Source of the DNA: Octopus vulgaris
Taxonomy: Eukaryota
Length of the DNA stretch: 64,000 nt
NCBI GenBank assembly: GCA_951406725.2
Contig: OX597819.1
Coordinates: forward strand, 127,968,001 to 128,032,000
Direction of reading: 5' to 3'
Made by a program: the position numbers and the translations under genes. Of the stretch, positions 1 through 14,160 are shown piece by piece. Position 1 is the stretch's first letter. Every line of letters begins with the position of its first letter. Under the pieces are notes generated by a model. That model worked only from the letters and a program-made list of their open reading frames with translations, had not been told where the DNA came from and ran no database searches.

Positions 1-1618
1 AGGAAAAAGTCATGATAAACATTAATCACCAGGCATAACTAGTCGTGCTATTCTTCGATTTACAGTCTGTCTAGTAATTTTGAATTCTAAAAGTCGAAGA
101 ACAGTTCGATTTGTTTGCCTAGTGATTACCGCCGCTCACCCTGATTAGGTCCTTCGATCCATCTACAAACAGAAAATCTATGAACTACTTATTCTGGAAT
201 GTTTAGTTCAGCTCTGTTACCCGAGTTTGTAGATAATATAAATGGACAGATAATATGGACAGAAAATTGGTAATATATAGCGCGTGGAAACTGCTCGAGA
301 TTGTATTCACTACAACAGCTAAGAGCCACTGGTCACCATGTGATCAGAAGATCAAAGTGTAACATAACTAGGAAGCAATCAGATTTTTCTTCCTGCTTAT
401 GGAGAGATAAAACCTGTGACGTGTGTGTGCGCGCGTACGTATTCCTATCTTCAACGACTCTGAAGTAGTTTCATAGAAGATCGCTGTATTCAAATACCTG
501 GATACCCGTGTGAAAATACACACACATGTGTATCTATAGATACAGCATGTTAATTGTGTATTTGTGTAAGTTGGCATGCGTGCATGTGCGTGTGATAAAA
601 TTTTTGTGCGTGCATGTACGAGTGTAAAAATGTTTGTGTACGTGTGTGTGAATGTTTGTTCGTGTGTGATTGTGTGCGTACCATAACATGAATGCAAACA
701 TTTGCGTGTTTAATAAGCATCTATCTTCTTCGTGATGCATTTAAATCTGGGCGGAAAAAGGAATTACAGAACTTAATTTGATAAATAGATTTCTGAAGAT
801 TGTTGTGGCGTAAGATGTGCCGTAAGTCCTGTCTCCTGTGACTGCAAGAACATATAAATGACTAAACCATCTAAGATATGTCTTTGCGTCAAGTCTTATT
901 TTGTCTAAACTTTGTTAGTCGCTCGAGCGAGTACTTCCCCGTCTGGAACGACAAAATCCTATGTAATATGTATGGATAGCTTAGACTTTGTTTATCTTTA
1001 CACTGATTGTCTGTCCGGCCGTCGGTTCGTATGTCTGTCTGTGTGTCTGATTTTTGTGTCATTTGTTTTCTATGCTGTTTGTATCCGTTTCGATTCTAGA
1101 TTTCCAGACTCTTCCCGGTCCTCTATTTCGCTTACATCTCTTCTCTGACCCAATCTTTTTCTGTCTGTCTCTCTCGGTTTATCTTATAAGCACTTTCTAT
1201 AGATCTCAATCTCTTTATCTCACTTCCCATCCTTTACTCTTCCTCCGTTTTCTCTCTCTCTCTTCCTCTTTGTTTCTTATATTTTGATTCCACTTATGGT
1301 GTCTTCTAATCTTAATTCTTAGTCTGACATCATAAAAGTACATATATACACAAACTCAAAAACACATGTACATACATGTATGTACAAATATAGATACACA
1401 CATATACGTATTAACATTTTACTTCGAAGTTTCATCGTTAAAGCTGGCTTCTCATAACAGAAACTTCGAAGTATACAGTCACTAATAATATTATATATTC
1501 TTTCGACTCTATGAACGGTCTTTAGTGCATGTTTAGTGTACCAATTCCGCACACTTAACAGACGACCGCATAAGACACACATACACATATACACACATAC
1601 ACACTCATACACACATAT

Positions 1619-1852
1619 ATGTTTCTTTATTACCCACAAGGGGCTAAACATAGAGGAGACAAACAAGGACAGACAAACGGATTAAGTCGATTATATCGAC
1701 CCCAGTGCGTAACTGGTACTTAATTTATCGACGCCGAAAGGATAAAAAGCAAAGTCGACCTCGGCGGAATTTGAACTCAGAACGTAACCGCAGACGAAAT
1801 ACGGCTAAGCATTTCGCCCGGCGTGCTAACGGTTCTACCAGCTCGCTGCCTT
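1619..1852 (-). mobile_element. SINE family A, full length, 14-bp TSD
   Basis: On - strand: head GGCAGCGAGCTGG..., B-box-like GAGTTCAAATTCC, central GACTTTGC..TCCTTTCGG..TCGATAAATTAAGTACCAG, tail GCCCCTTGTGGGTAATAAAGAAAC. TSD tcatacacacatat at 1605-1618 and 1853-1866. Confidence 0.9.
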
Positions 1853-2062
1853 TCATACACACATATGCAAGGGCACACACAGACGCACTGACAGAGAGGG
1901 AGGGGGCGGGGACACAACAAAGAAAGACGGATTCCCAGGTAGCCTTTGCCACCACATTACTTATATAGATAAACATGTGTTTGTACATTGATATTCGTTG
2001 ATGTATAACCCTATTTCGCTTTCATCTTTGAATTTTTCCTGTGAAGAAAGAAGTTTTTTCAA

Positions 2063-2290
2063 TGTGTGTGTGTGTGTTTGTTCCCCCCAACATCGCTCGA
2101 CAACCGATGCTGGTGTGTTTACGTCCCCGTAACCTAGCGGCTCGGCAAAAAGAAACCGATAGAATAAGTACTAGGCTTACAAAGAATAAGTCCTTGGGGC
2201 GCTTTGCTCGACTAAAGGCGGTGCTCCAGCATGGCCACAGTCAGATAACTGAAACATGTAAAAAGTAAATAAAAAAAGTAAAAAGTAACA
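2063..2290 (+). mobile_element. SINE family B, 3' half
   Basis: Matches 3' half of full copies (21538, 23515, 55190, 61118) and ends in GGCGGTGCTCCAGCATGGCCACAGTC..ACTGAAAC plus an (AGTAAA)n-like tail. Confidence 0.85.
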
Positions 2291-2464
2291 AACCATGATC
2301 CTTCGCTGGAATTTAGATATACGGAAATGCAAAAGTTTACAAACGAAATTAGAAAAATCTCACACATTTTCCCCATTCCTTTTATTCATGGAATTCTTTT
2401 CATAAAGCAAAACTTTTTCGCTGTTCCGTTAATAGACTAAAATTTCAGAGTGGCACATAATCTT

Positions 2465-2960
2465 TTACCTTTTACTCGTTTAAGTCATTGCACTACGACC
2501 ATGCTGGAGCACCACCTGGGAGAATCTTAGTCGAACGAATCGACACCAGTACTTATTATTTTTTGTAAAGCCTGTTATTTATTTTATTGAATATTTGGTC
2601 GAATATTCCCATCAGTTCTAGCAACAAATGTAAACATAGATCTGACAAACCAAGTGCATGGTCACTCAACCTGGTAGAAATATCAACCAAATCTCTCTTA
2701 AGTTGGAGCGAAAGAGTACAACAGGGGTCACCCCCCCCCCCACTGCCGGAGCATCGTGGAGCTTTATTGCTGCTGTCCATCAACTGGCAAAAGATGAGTA
2801 GTAGCTGTATTTTAAAAGACCAACCTTGTCACATCGTGTCGTATTGAATCTTTCAAAGAACTACGTTGAGGGTTTGCGTGAGTGAAGAGTGCTCTGTCAC
2901 TTTCATATTAAATTCAAGAGAAGGCTGTTCCCTTGATCTGATCAATTGGAACCCTCCTTG
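2465..2960. mobile_element. Cluster of degenerate SINE fragments: B (-, ~2465-2660), C (-, ~2690-2770), D (+, ~2780-2960)
   Basis: Segments align by eye to B, C and D copies elsewhere in the window. Confidence 0.65.
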
Positions 2961-3014
2961 TTGTAAACTACATGACACTGAGGCAGGCAGATACTTTCAT
3001 ATATCTCTTTCAGT

Positions 3015-3067
<53 letters not shown>

Positions 3068-4334
3068 CGCGCGCATGTGTCTGTGTGTGTGTGTGTATTC
3101 TTAATTATATTAGAGGATACTCGACGCACCAGCTTGCTAGAGAGTGGAAGTAAAAACCCCAACACAACTACTAATCTTACTGAAAATATATAACGGACCA
3201 ACATAAATGGAGCAAACTAGAGGAATTTAACATACTATCTCAGCTAAAAAGCGGCAGAATAACGTAATAGATGTACAAGGATCATGATTTTGAATTCTAT
3301 CCTGTTCCTCAATTTGTTTCATCAATTTACTAAAATAGTGCTTTTATGGCCAATGTGCTGGTACCACTTTGTACCCATTATCACTCTAGTGACGTCAATA
3401 AATTTACCTGTAAGTTGTTAAAATTGCTAATAAGCCACCCACATTATTTATAGCTTTTCACTTCTACCGTCTTACAAAGGTTTTTCTCGTAAATTGCCAA
3501 GGTGAGTTGAGCTTGACTTTAGGCGCAATAAGAGCCATTGACGAAAACTAAGATGCTCTGCATGAAAATTCGAAATCACTTGGTATGACTTTATCTGAGA
3601 CTGTAGGAAGCGTTGTCTCGCTTGTTAGTTTACTAAGATAGTGCTTTCGTGACTAATGAGTCGATTTGACTCCTATTTCTAGCAATGACCCTCTGTCACT
3701 GTAGTAACATCTATAAATGAATAAATATATACATAAATATATATGTGTGTGTGTGTATAGATCTCTGAATACCTTATTTTTTCTAATATGTACGTATATA
3801 TATATATATATATACATACATATTAAAAAAATAAGGTATTCAGAGATCTGAATGGTTGTGCATATACAAATATTTATTAACATGTCACATGTTTTTACAA
3901 ATCACATATAAGCGCTTTCATCTTCCCAAATAGATTCTTCAGATTTAACTCTTGTGAAAGGATTTGTCTCTTTTTATATTATTAGTGAATGGGTTTGGGT
4001 GGAGAGAGAGAGGGAGAAAAAGAGTAATGTTGAGTGTATAGTGTAGGAAAAGACGGAGAGGAATGGGGAGATAGTGGAGGGATAAAGTGTGAGAGACAGT
4101 TTGTTTGTGTGTGTGCATGCGTGCGTGTGTGTGTCCCTGTGTATCTGAAAGGAATCGTTTTGAACAAGCGACAAAGAGAAAAGTAAAAGAATATATATTT
4201 TTAAGTAGGTGGCTAGAACAGATGCTTACTTTGGTTCAGCCAGCTCAACAGGTGTAAAAAAGTGTTTTTTCTTAATGTCAATAGAAAAAAGAGGGAAAGA
4301 AAGGAAGGAAAAAAAGAAAGAAGAAAAATGTGTT

Positions 4335-4620
4335 CGCGGTCGTAGGACCGCGGTTTCCATTCCCAGTTGTGAGTGTTTATTGAGCGAAAACATTTAAAAT
4401 CCGGCAGGCGGTGGTAGCGAATCCTGCTTTCTCCACTCTTTCTTCCTGTTTCTGTTGTACCTTTATTTCAAAGGGGCCCGCCTTGTTACATATTGTATCA
4501 CGCTGAATCTCCCTGAGAACTACACTAAGGGTACACTTGCACATTAATTTCCCAAGCAGGTTGTTCCGCTGATAGGATCAACTGGAACCCTCGTCGTCGC
4601 AACCGACGGAGAGCCACGAT
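4335..4620 (+). mobile_element. Chimeric SINE: family C head joined to family D body
   Basis: 5' part tcgcggtcgtaggaccgcggtttc..gttgtgagtgtttattgagcgaaaac matches 49500-49565. 3' part tatttcaaaggg..gccttgt..ctgaatctccctgagaactac..ggaaccctcgtcgtcg matches 8955-9117. Confidence 0.75.
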
Positions 4621-4621
4621 C

Positions 4622-4652
<31 letters not shown>

Positions 4653-4662
4653 ATGTATTATG

Positions 4663-4695
<33 letters not shown>

Positions 4696-4719
4696 TCCGC
4701 GTTTGAATATATGTGTGTA

Positions 4720-4720
4720 T

Positions 4721-4811
<91 letters not shown>

Positions 4812-4826
4812 GGATGGATGGATAGA
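4720..4826. repeat. (GATA)n microsatellite, left flank of Tx1-like LINE
   Basis: Pure GATA tract with short GATG interruption. Confidence 0.95.
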
Positions 4827-5898
4827 TATGTTTCTTTATTAGCCACACAGGGCTGCACACAGATAGAACAAATTACAAGGTAGAGCTTTTCTTTTGAAGG
4901 GTTAGGAAAAAAAAAAAAAAAAAAAAAAGGAAGGGGGAGTTTCGATCAAAAGGGATCGTAAAAGGAGAGAAAGAGGACAAAAAAGGGGGGTTAAAAAAAG
5001 GGGGGGAATTGATCAATAGGGATCGTTATCACAGAAATGTCAATATGAAGTGTAAAGGGGAGGACAGGTGAGGTTTACCCGTGGAAAGAAAAGCCTACGG
5101 AAAAGACCACGGTAACCTCGGTCAATGAAGTCACATTTTATATTTTTTTTTTTTTTTTTTTTTTTGCAAATAAGCAACTCTCTGTTTTCGATTTCTGGGT
5201 TCATAGGACTATGCTCAAGGTGGCTTCGTCATTCATACGTGCCATTCTTGCTACATTCACCCATCTTTTTTAAAACATTCGCTAGACAAAACTTGCCTCT
5301 CTACTCTCACTTTCCTTTTCAAGTGGTACTTGAAGAAGTTGATGAGAGATTGACCAGAGAGGAAAGTGTTTGTCTCCAATCCTTTCAGACGCGTCCACCA
5401 GATACATTCTTTCGCCATAGCCACAAGGATGATGAAAATAGCTCTTCCTTCCCGTTTGAAGGAAGGAGGCGTGACAATATTGACGATAGACTCAGCTGAT
5501 AAACCGACTCGTCCCACACGTGACAGCAGTTGTTCGACACAAGCCCACAGGTCGGAAATTGTTGGACACTGAACGAGTGCGTGCAGAACGGTTTCGTCGC
5601 TCTGACCGCATCTCGGGCAGGTCGGCCCCGTGTTTCTCGAGCCGTGTCTGTAGAGCTTATCCCGAACGGGTAGCGCTTCTCGGTAGCACTGCCAGGCCAG
5701 GGATCTCTGGAAGTTGTCCATGGGCCCTGGCCCGAAAGTCGTCCTGAACAGGCGGGTCAGGTACTCCTCGTCGACGTCCAGGTTCGCCCCGAGCTCGTCG
5801 TCGTACCTCCCCTCCACTAAACCCCTATAGAATGCTTTGGTTGTGTTGAAGTCACTTAAGGTCGACCCAGGACGGCAGAGTTGCTTGAGAGCAACGCG

Positions 5899-5899
<1 letters not shown>
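4827..5899 (-). mobile_element. 5'-truncated Tx1/L1-clade non-LTR retrotransposon (ORF2 C-terminus + 3' UTR) embedded in (TCTA)n
   Basis: Translation has ALPVRDKL..CPRCGQSDETVLHALVQCP..LW (zf-RVT CCHC knuckle) and AKECIW. A 1-nt frameshift in the A-run restores FKKRW..LSIVL* (stop ~5201). 3' UTR ends GTGGCTAATAAAGAAACATA. GATA/TCTA tracts on both sides. Confidence 0.88.
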
Positions 5900-6212
<313 letters not shown>

Positions 6213-6803
6213 CGACTGCTTGATTCAAAGATATGTGTAAAAAGGGTCAAACGATGAAATATATTCATTGCTCAGTGGAGAATTGCTATTCTGATATTCA
6301 GAATAAAGAACGGGCACGGTGAATGGGTCTAGTTATAGTAAAGATATACATGAAATAAAGACTAGATCAGTTCGGGTTTTAGTTTCATTTATTGTTTCGG
6401 TTTCAACGACATTTTCTTTCCTATTAAATTGTTTTTATTATCATTATATGAAAATGAGAGAAATTGTAATAATTTTCGATCATTTCTGAAAGCTTTGTGT
6501 TTTAATTCAACTCCAAAGGGACTGAAATAAAGCAATTGATAGGTTTTCGTTTCAGATAATATAGCATTTCTGTCTAAAATCTAAATATTTATTATATTGT
6601 TCTTCCAACTAATCATCTCTTACATTTATAATTGCTTTGAAATTGTTTTTTAATACATATATATTTTCGCTATTTAAACGTTCCATCTACGATGTGTGTT
6701 TATGTATGTATGTATGTATGTATGTATGTATGTATGTATGTATGCATATGTGTATGTACATATGTCTATGTGTACTATATACATATGTGTGTGTATGTGT
6801 TAT

Positions 6804-6865
<62 letters not shown>

Positions 6866-7029
6866 GTACACATACAAATGATAAATGATAATATATTTTG
6901 TTATTGAAGTATATATTTCAGTTTTATGTCTTAAAAGATGAAGAGGGAATATTTTGATCACATCATAGACAAATTATAATTTGAATATAAATAAATAAAT
7001 TAATTAAAATAAGAAATAATAGTAATGAT

Positions 7030-7044
7030 GATAATAATAATAAC

Positions 7045-7120
<76 letters not shown>
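7030..7120. repeat. (AAT)n microsatellite
   Basis: Direct observation. Confidence 0.95.
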
Positions 7121-7122
<2 letters not shown>

Positions 7123-7883
7123 CTGTAATAGTAAGCCAATAATTAAAAATATGATAAAAATTAAATGAAATGAAAGCAAAGTTTGAAGATATAAATTGTC
7201 GTTTTCTTTTTGGTTTTTTATGTTGTTCTTGTGTTTGTTTGTTTTTTTTCTGGTATTTTACATTTTTTTTGAATTTTTATTTTATAGTTAATTTACTCCT
7301 CTCAACCTCGTTCCGCCAACATCCGCTAAAACATCACAAACTATCTGTTTGTATATTATGATGGCCTATTGATCTTCAAAATTATCCCACCCTAATACAG
7401 AGAGGAAAAAGGCTTCCCCTTGAGGGGGGAAACAATTATGTTTTGCAGCTTTTAATTTACTCTGAACCTATAATGAAATTATATTTTATTTGCAAACTGA
7501 TAATTATTGGATTTTTTTTTCAACAAAATAGATTGAACCGAAGATGAGTGCGGGGGTTGATAGTGAAGGGGGTGGAAAATATAAAAGCAAGAAAAAACTA
7601 TAATAATAGCAAGAGTAACAACGGCAAGAATCACAAACAGCGCTGCTTTTTTATTACAATTTTGAATGTACATCATATATATATACATATATATATATAT
7701 ATATGTATGTATATGTATGTATATGTATGTATATATGTATATATGTACGTATATATGTATATTTGCGTATGTGTATGTGTAGTTACATGCTTCTGTATAA
7801 GAGTATAGGCGTATTTCTTAGTCTCTCAATGTGTTTGTGCACGCGCGCGTATGTGCGTGTGCTTGTGCGTGTGTGCGAGTGTA

Positions 7884-7930
<47 letters not shown>

Positions 7931-8359
7931 GTTTGTGTGTAGGTGTGTGTGTTTTCTTTCTTGTTTATGCAATCATGACTCATTTCATTTCATTCATTTC
8001 AGGAGATGTTTATTTATTTATTTATTTATTATTATTATTTTTTTTTTTACTATTGAGATTCTCTGACAGAAGTTCCTCCACCTGTTAGCAATAATGTTAG
8101 ATAGAGGTTAGTTGTGTTTAATTGAAGCTGATTGCACTACTTCAAACAACTCGCCAACTAAGACAAACACTCGAATGTTAAACACTGCAGCCTCAGTTTC
8201 ATCTCATTTAGTTGACCAACTTCATGTTTTTATATCTTAAAATTTATTATTTTTCTTGTAAATTTTTTATTGTATTGTTATTCATTATTATTATTATCAT
8301 TTATTTTGTTGTTTTACATTTTGGAAATTATCTGACGTATAGATGTTCGAAATCATTAT

Positions 8360-8540
8360 TATTATGCTTTGGATATATCGGTGGTGGATTGGCAAGCTGG
8401 GTATATCTTTGTATGCAAATAATATCTTACAATATTTTGATACATTCTGAGTTCGAAACCATCCGTGGCTAACTTTGTCTTTAACGCCTTCTTTGCCGAG
8501 GATAAGAATTGAAGTAACGGCCAAATAATGTTAGGATGAT
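8360..8540 (+). mobile_element. Old diverged SINE-A-like copy
   Basis: cattctgagttcgaaaccatccgtggctaactttgtctttaacgcc resembles the SINE-A B-box and central domain. Confidence 0.5.
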
Positions 8541-8814
8541 TTGATCGACTACTATACCTGATCCCTAATTGTAAGGCTTTGAACTTACCTTGAAATATTC
8601 AATACTTATCATGATTTGGGTACGAGGGCTAGTGTGGGTGACAGAATGTGTACCGTAGAAGACGGCAAAGCATTATTTAGTTACGTTGAAGTAGCGAGCT
8701 GACAGAACCGTTAGTGCGCCGCCATTTTGTACATCTTTAAATTCTGAGTTTAAATTCTAGTGAGGTAGCTTTGGACTTCCATCCTTTCAGTGTTGGTAAA
8801 ATCAACCTTACATC

Positions 8815-9122
8815 ATTTCAGTGTTGGTTAGGGCATTCGGCTCAGGATCGTAAGGTCGTCAGTTCGATTCCCGGCGGCGCGTTGTATCTTTGAGCAAAAT
8901 ATTTTATTTCACGTTGCTCCAATCCACTCAGCTGGCAAAAATGAGTAGTACCTGTATTTCAAAGGGCCGGCCTTGTCACGCTCTGTATCATGCTGAATCT
9001 CGCTGAGAACTACGTTAAAGGTACGCTTGTCTGTCTGTGGAATGCTCAGTCACTTACACGTTAATTACCCGAGCAAGATGTTCCGTTGCTCGTTTCAGTT
9101 GGGACCCTCGTCATCGAAATGG
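8815..9122 (+). mobile_element. SINE family D nested in an older SINE-A-like copy (~8690-8802 and 9163-9330)
   Basis: tRNA-like head (TGGTTAGGGC..GTTCGATTCCC), then CORE-like GTTGTATCTTTGAGCAA and the D body. 12-bp TSD tgttggtaaaat at 8791-8802 and 9163-9174. Confidence 0.75.
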
Positions 9123-9123
9123 T

Positions 9124-9167
<44 letters not shown>

Positions 9168-9600
9168 GTAAAATATAGTCCAGATGATCACTAATTTCAA
9201 TGTAATCCACGTGCCACCTCCGCCGAAATTGTCGGTCATGTACCAGATTTGAAACTAATATTTAGTTCTAATCCCGCAAAGTTCGACTTAAATCCTTTTG
9301 AGATTAATAAAATAAAAAGTACGACTCAATGTAAGCTCTGGAACTTTGTTTGGTTAAAAAATTCGCTTCGCAAGCACGTGGTTTCATGGGCGACCTTACA
9401 GCACGACACCTACGGCATGTGCATTCTACCATATATTTTATTCAACCAAAATCCTGGCAGTTAAATTTGGCAAACAGAAACTGTCCTTACTTGGTGACAA
9501 CATTTCCGATTAGCCTCTAACGCCCCTGTATAATTAATTAACTGAAATACAAAAGTGTGTAAAAATAGAAAGAATTCGAAATACTAGTATACATACATAC

Positions 9601-9688
<88 letters not shown>

Positions 9689-9699
9689 ATTTATGTATA

Positions 9700-9897
9700 T
9701 GGTTAATCCAAACATGTAAACACAACAACGCGCGGACGTGGAACAAGTGTAGTGTTATTGGACACTCAGGAAAGGAAAGAAAGAAGGAGGATTTAACGTT
9801 TTGAGTGGAGCTCTTCTTCAGAAACATGGGAAAAGGAAAGATCCAAGGAATGGAAGATGGAGGAAAAAAATCGCCAATGTTACACACGCGGTCACAT
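9700..9897 (-). mobile_element. Short hammerhead-bearing Penelope-like non-autonomous element (family H1)
   Basis: Homologous to 14808, 40968 and 45451 copies. Minus strand reads GTTT-CTGAAGA-A-GAGC-TCC-ACTC-AAAAC-GTT-AAAT (degenerate core, 9791-9825). Flanked by TA/CA microsatellites. Confidence 0.7.
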
Positions 9898-10572
9898 ATA
9901 TACACACACAGTCACACACACATACACACACACACACACATACACGATACAAAGTGGGATGAATGACTTCTGTTTTAAAAATCACTACAAGTGTTTCGAT
10001 ACACTTTTACACCTGTACTACATTGGTCACATGTAGTGTTATCATTATTATAAATATAAGGTGCTAAATGCGCGCCTTCCGGTGATTGTTGGGGTAAGTT
10101 CTCCGTTACATCCTACAGTCGTTTCACTCAGTGTGACAAACAATCCATACGTAAAGTGATGTGAAATTTTGAACAGTTTACAGACGAAACTAAAGCCATA
10201 GATATAGGGCCAAACAAAATAGAATTACAATCAAAATAAAAATAAAAAATAGAGATAAAGAAATAGACAAAAAAGAACCAGATTGAGTAAAAATTACAAT
10301 CTTATCTTTCTGGTCAGATTATAAGGAAGAAATAGCTAAACAGAATGAAAAATAATGTGAAGTATAAAATCGAGCATTTTGAGATAATAAAGTGATAAAG
10401 TGGTGAAGACTGACCACCTCAGTGTTTATTGACCGTTTCTTTGTTTTTGTCAAATTACTCTCTGACTTTCATGACAAAACAACTGACCGCATTCCACATT
10501 GAATCAGCCGGTATTTAAAGTTAATTTATTTCCACTGCATAATGAGATCGTGCAGCTAATAACAGGTAGCCA

Positions 10573-10626
<54 letters not shown>

Positions 10627-10692
10627 CTCTGTGTGTGTGTATGTTTCTATGTTTGTATGTATGTGTGTATGTATATATATATATGCATATAT

Positions 10693-10771
<79 letters not shown>

Positions 10772-10891
10772 TTAGTGTTAAAACCACTATTATGCAACTC
10801 AAACAGTGATAGACATAATTCATATTTTATACAGTGAAATTTGATTTAATACTAAATTGAATTTTTCCTGTAAGTTTGGAGCTATACTCCC

Positions 10892-10944
<53 letters not shown>

Positions 10945-10945
10945 C

Positions 10946-10983
<38 letters not shown>

Positions 10984-11930
10984 ATGTACGTATGTATATA
11001 TCATTTTTAACAGTAAAACTAGAAGATAAAGCTATGACAAAAATAGCGTGCGTATATTGGGTTTAAGACCCTTTGGGCTACACATAGAAAAGGTTGAAAG
11101 CTGCCCATTGGGCGCGAACCCACATCTTCTGTAAGCATAACAGATGTTCTGCACTTCGCAATTACGTAGTTCAGGGCTCGCTTACAGTACAAAACGCCTA
11201 AGACAGATCGATCAATGCTTTGTAAGTGGAATTTAGGAGACGTGAATTATACAGAATACACACACACACATACACATACAACTATATATATATATATATA
11301 TTTACACACATATAAACGCATATATATACTCATACATGTGTGTGTGTGTGTGTCTGTCTGTGCATATATAAACATATATGCAGGCACGTATACAAATATA
11401 CACACTAGTATTGCACGCAGTTAATTAAGAAAGATGTAAAACTTAAAAGCTAAATGTTTACAATCGTACACGAACATTGAGACGTTGAAATTAGTCACAG
11501 AAATAGGAAGGCAATAAGCTCGACCTTAACTGTCTTTCATAACAGTTCTGCTGTAAAGGAATCCGCACACACATTATTACAGGCACACATAAGAGTAAGC
11601 AAAATAATTACATTTGTAATCGCCTCATGTCAATGAAAACATTTTATTAAAAGAAAGCTATAAAAATACTGTTTATTATTTTATCATTACAGGAAGTGCT
11701 CAATCAAGATTCTTTCAGCTTGTAACACATATTCAACATGGCAGCCTAAAATAGGAACAAGATGCTTCTACGTGATGGGTCTCCCTTTTTATATACTACC
11801 CCCAAATATCCGTCAAATCACACCTTGGTATATGTGAGTGTCTGAGTTGTATTTTTCAAATTAGGAAAGGTTACATACTCGCGTGTGCGCGCACTCACAT
11901 ACATATATATATATACATAAATACATAAAT

Positions 11931-11998
<68 letters not shown>

Positions 11999-12090
11999 CA
12001 CAAACATTGAAGATTTAGCTTATTTCTTCATAGATTAAAAACAATTATGAGCAGACTTAATGGAATTTTTTAACTTAATTGGGTTCTGAA

Positions 12091-13206
12091 CACTGGTCCT
12101 AACATCACTTTACCAACCTCAGTGAGACAAGTAACCCAATTTGTTAATATGCATGACCAACTGGTTATAAAGCTGAAGGGCAATCTGGATAAACAATCTT
12201 GGGTTTGTTCTTTTTTGGGAAACCTTCATTGTCCAACACAGCCTTCACACGCCACCTGAAGGCGTCACAAAGCAGAAATAACAATCACTTTAGTGGTCTG
12301 TTGGTTTGCGCCATATCATTGGTACTGCAAATGGCATACTTTTCCGTTTACCATTCAGCCGTCGGGTTAGTGTTATGCAACAGTTTTTGCAACAAACATG
12401 AGGCGACCACAGTTTATCTTGGTCCCCAACTTTGCATCCAAAGTAAAGCTTGTATTTTAAAATTTCTCTGAACTTTTAGCATATATTTTCCACACACGTA
12501 ACAAAAACTGTCCGAGTGATTAACACAAATTTTTACGCTCATCATAAATACATACAGTAATAACCTAAATCAGCACTCAAGGAAGCCTATCAGTAAGCTA
12601 AAATATAAAATTAATCAACTGTAAACGTTACTGTAAAACATCAAAATATATTTCTCAAAAAATCATTGAAATTATTATAAAATGTACTGAAGTTATGGTT
12701 ACCACGAAACAATTTTTTCCATCTCTAAATTTCAAACATTGATCAATTTAATAGATAATTATACTTGCTACTAAACTACTTTTCATATAACCTGGTTCTT
12801 AATTGATGTACTTTGTTTTAACAGCACAAGAAAAGGGAGCCTGTGTGGCTTACTATATAACCTAGTATCAATAGCCTACTGTGAGGAGAACTTTTACTAT
12901 AACTATAGCGATAACAAAGTAACATAAATTCTCTTGTGGTGTGACTATTGAACAGGCAGCCTCTATTTCCCTCTATCAGCTATCAGCACCCATTTTTGTT
13001 TCAGTGATGGGTATATGAAAGAAAATCGAAAGCAAATACTTTGTCAATATTATCAATTGATTGGAAAATCTGATGCTGTGAATAACTAAAAAATTACACT
13101 ACGGTCTGAAAACTGATATCAGGTTCGGATTCAGCACCCTAAAAGTAGCCTAAATCAGCTGAAAAAGTTTAAATAGCATGACAAAAAACTTTTTCGCTGC
13201 CCAGTG
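12091..13206. mobile_element. Possible degenerate DNA transposon (CACTGG...CCAGTG termini, Chapaev-like)
   Basis: cactgg at 12091 and ccagtg at 13201-13206, with a subterminal ggattcagcaccctaaaagtagcctaaatcagc motif. No intact ORF. Confidence 0.3.
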
Positions 13207-13209
13207 TAA

Positions 13210-13690
13210 TCTGAGAAAAATATTTTAACACAAGTTTATAGGAGTATAAAGAGACATTTTATTCAATTGTCTGCCTTCATTGTCCACCACGGCCTTCACA
13301 CGCTGCCTGAAGGCGTCACTATTCTTCATGATGAAGTACTCAGCCATGTTGTCCCACCTTTTCCTCAGGATTTACCTTAAATGATCAAGACTTGGATGCG
13401 AAGTTCTGTTGGTAGAGTGCTCCAATTTTCCCTATACGGCATAATCCAATTCTGGGCTGGAAGAAAGCTAGAAGTTGCCGGGCCAAAAGTCGGCGAAGTT
13501 GTCTTCGCGGAATTTCTGCACTTTCTTTGCCGTATGAACAGGAGAACCATCTTGGGTCCACACATAATTACCGTTGGTGTAAAAACCTGATACCGCAGGA
13601 CTTTATATTAGACTTCAGTCCCCACCTTTACCCAAAACTTGAAAAAATGGACAGGTATCTTTTTCCGTCAGACGTCAGTATCATGGCGTG
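13210..13690 (-). pseudogene. Tc1/mariner (DD37D/maT-like) transposase relic
   Basis: Frameshifted minus-strand translation: NYVWTQDGSPVH..KVQKF, WPGNF*LSSSPELDYAV*GKLE, DAFRQRVKAVVDNEG. A short homologous piece lies at ~12223-12270. Confidence 0.75.
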
Positions 13691-14089
13691 AGGGGAAGAA
13701 AATATATGCAAGAAAATAAAAGCGATGAAGATGGAACAAATAGAAAGTGGGGAGAAAGGGAGAAGAGAAGATGAGGAGAGAAAAGAAACGGATGGAGAGG
13801 GAGGCAAAATAACGGGTGCAAACTAGAGAAAACAGAGTAAGGACATCCAGAGAAAGAAGAGACGACAGAAGGAAAGACACAAAAATAGTGGAAAGTTTAG
13901 AAAATATAAAAATAAATATAAAAATAAAGTAATGACAATAATAACAGTTTTACGTAAAGTTCAAAGGTTTTTTGGACGTCGAGGTGTATTGCAAGGATTT
14001 CTCATCAAGAGTAGAGTCAACTGTGATCCGTGTGTAGGAGAGGTGCAGCCGGAGGGTAAATATCCAAACAAGAATCCGTAAATATATAC

Positions 14090-14149
<60 letters not shown>

Positions 14150-14160
<11 letters not shown>

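Noticed and set aside
8105-8162. miRNA hairpin containing ATTGCAC (miR-92 seed)
   Set aside because: The seed falls in the loop and the rest does not match the miR-92 mature sequence; the stem is poor.
13945-14085. Minus-strand degenerate hammerhead (TTGATGA..GAAC..GTA) in a TA-adjacent segment
   Set aside because: Multiple core mismatches and no convincing stem I; cannot be supported from one copy.
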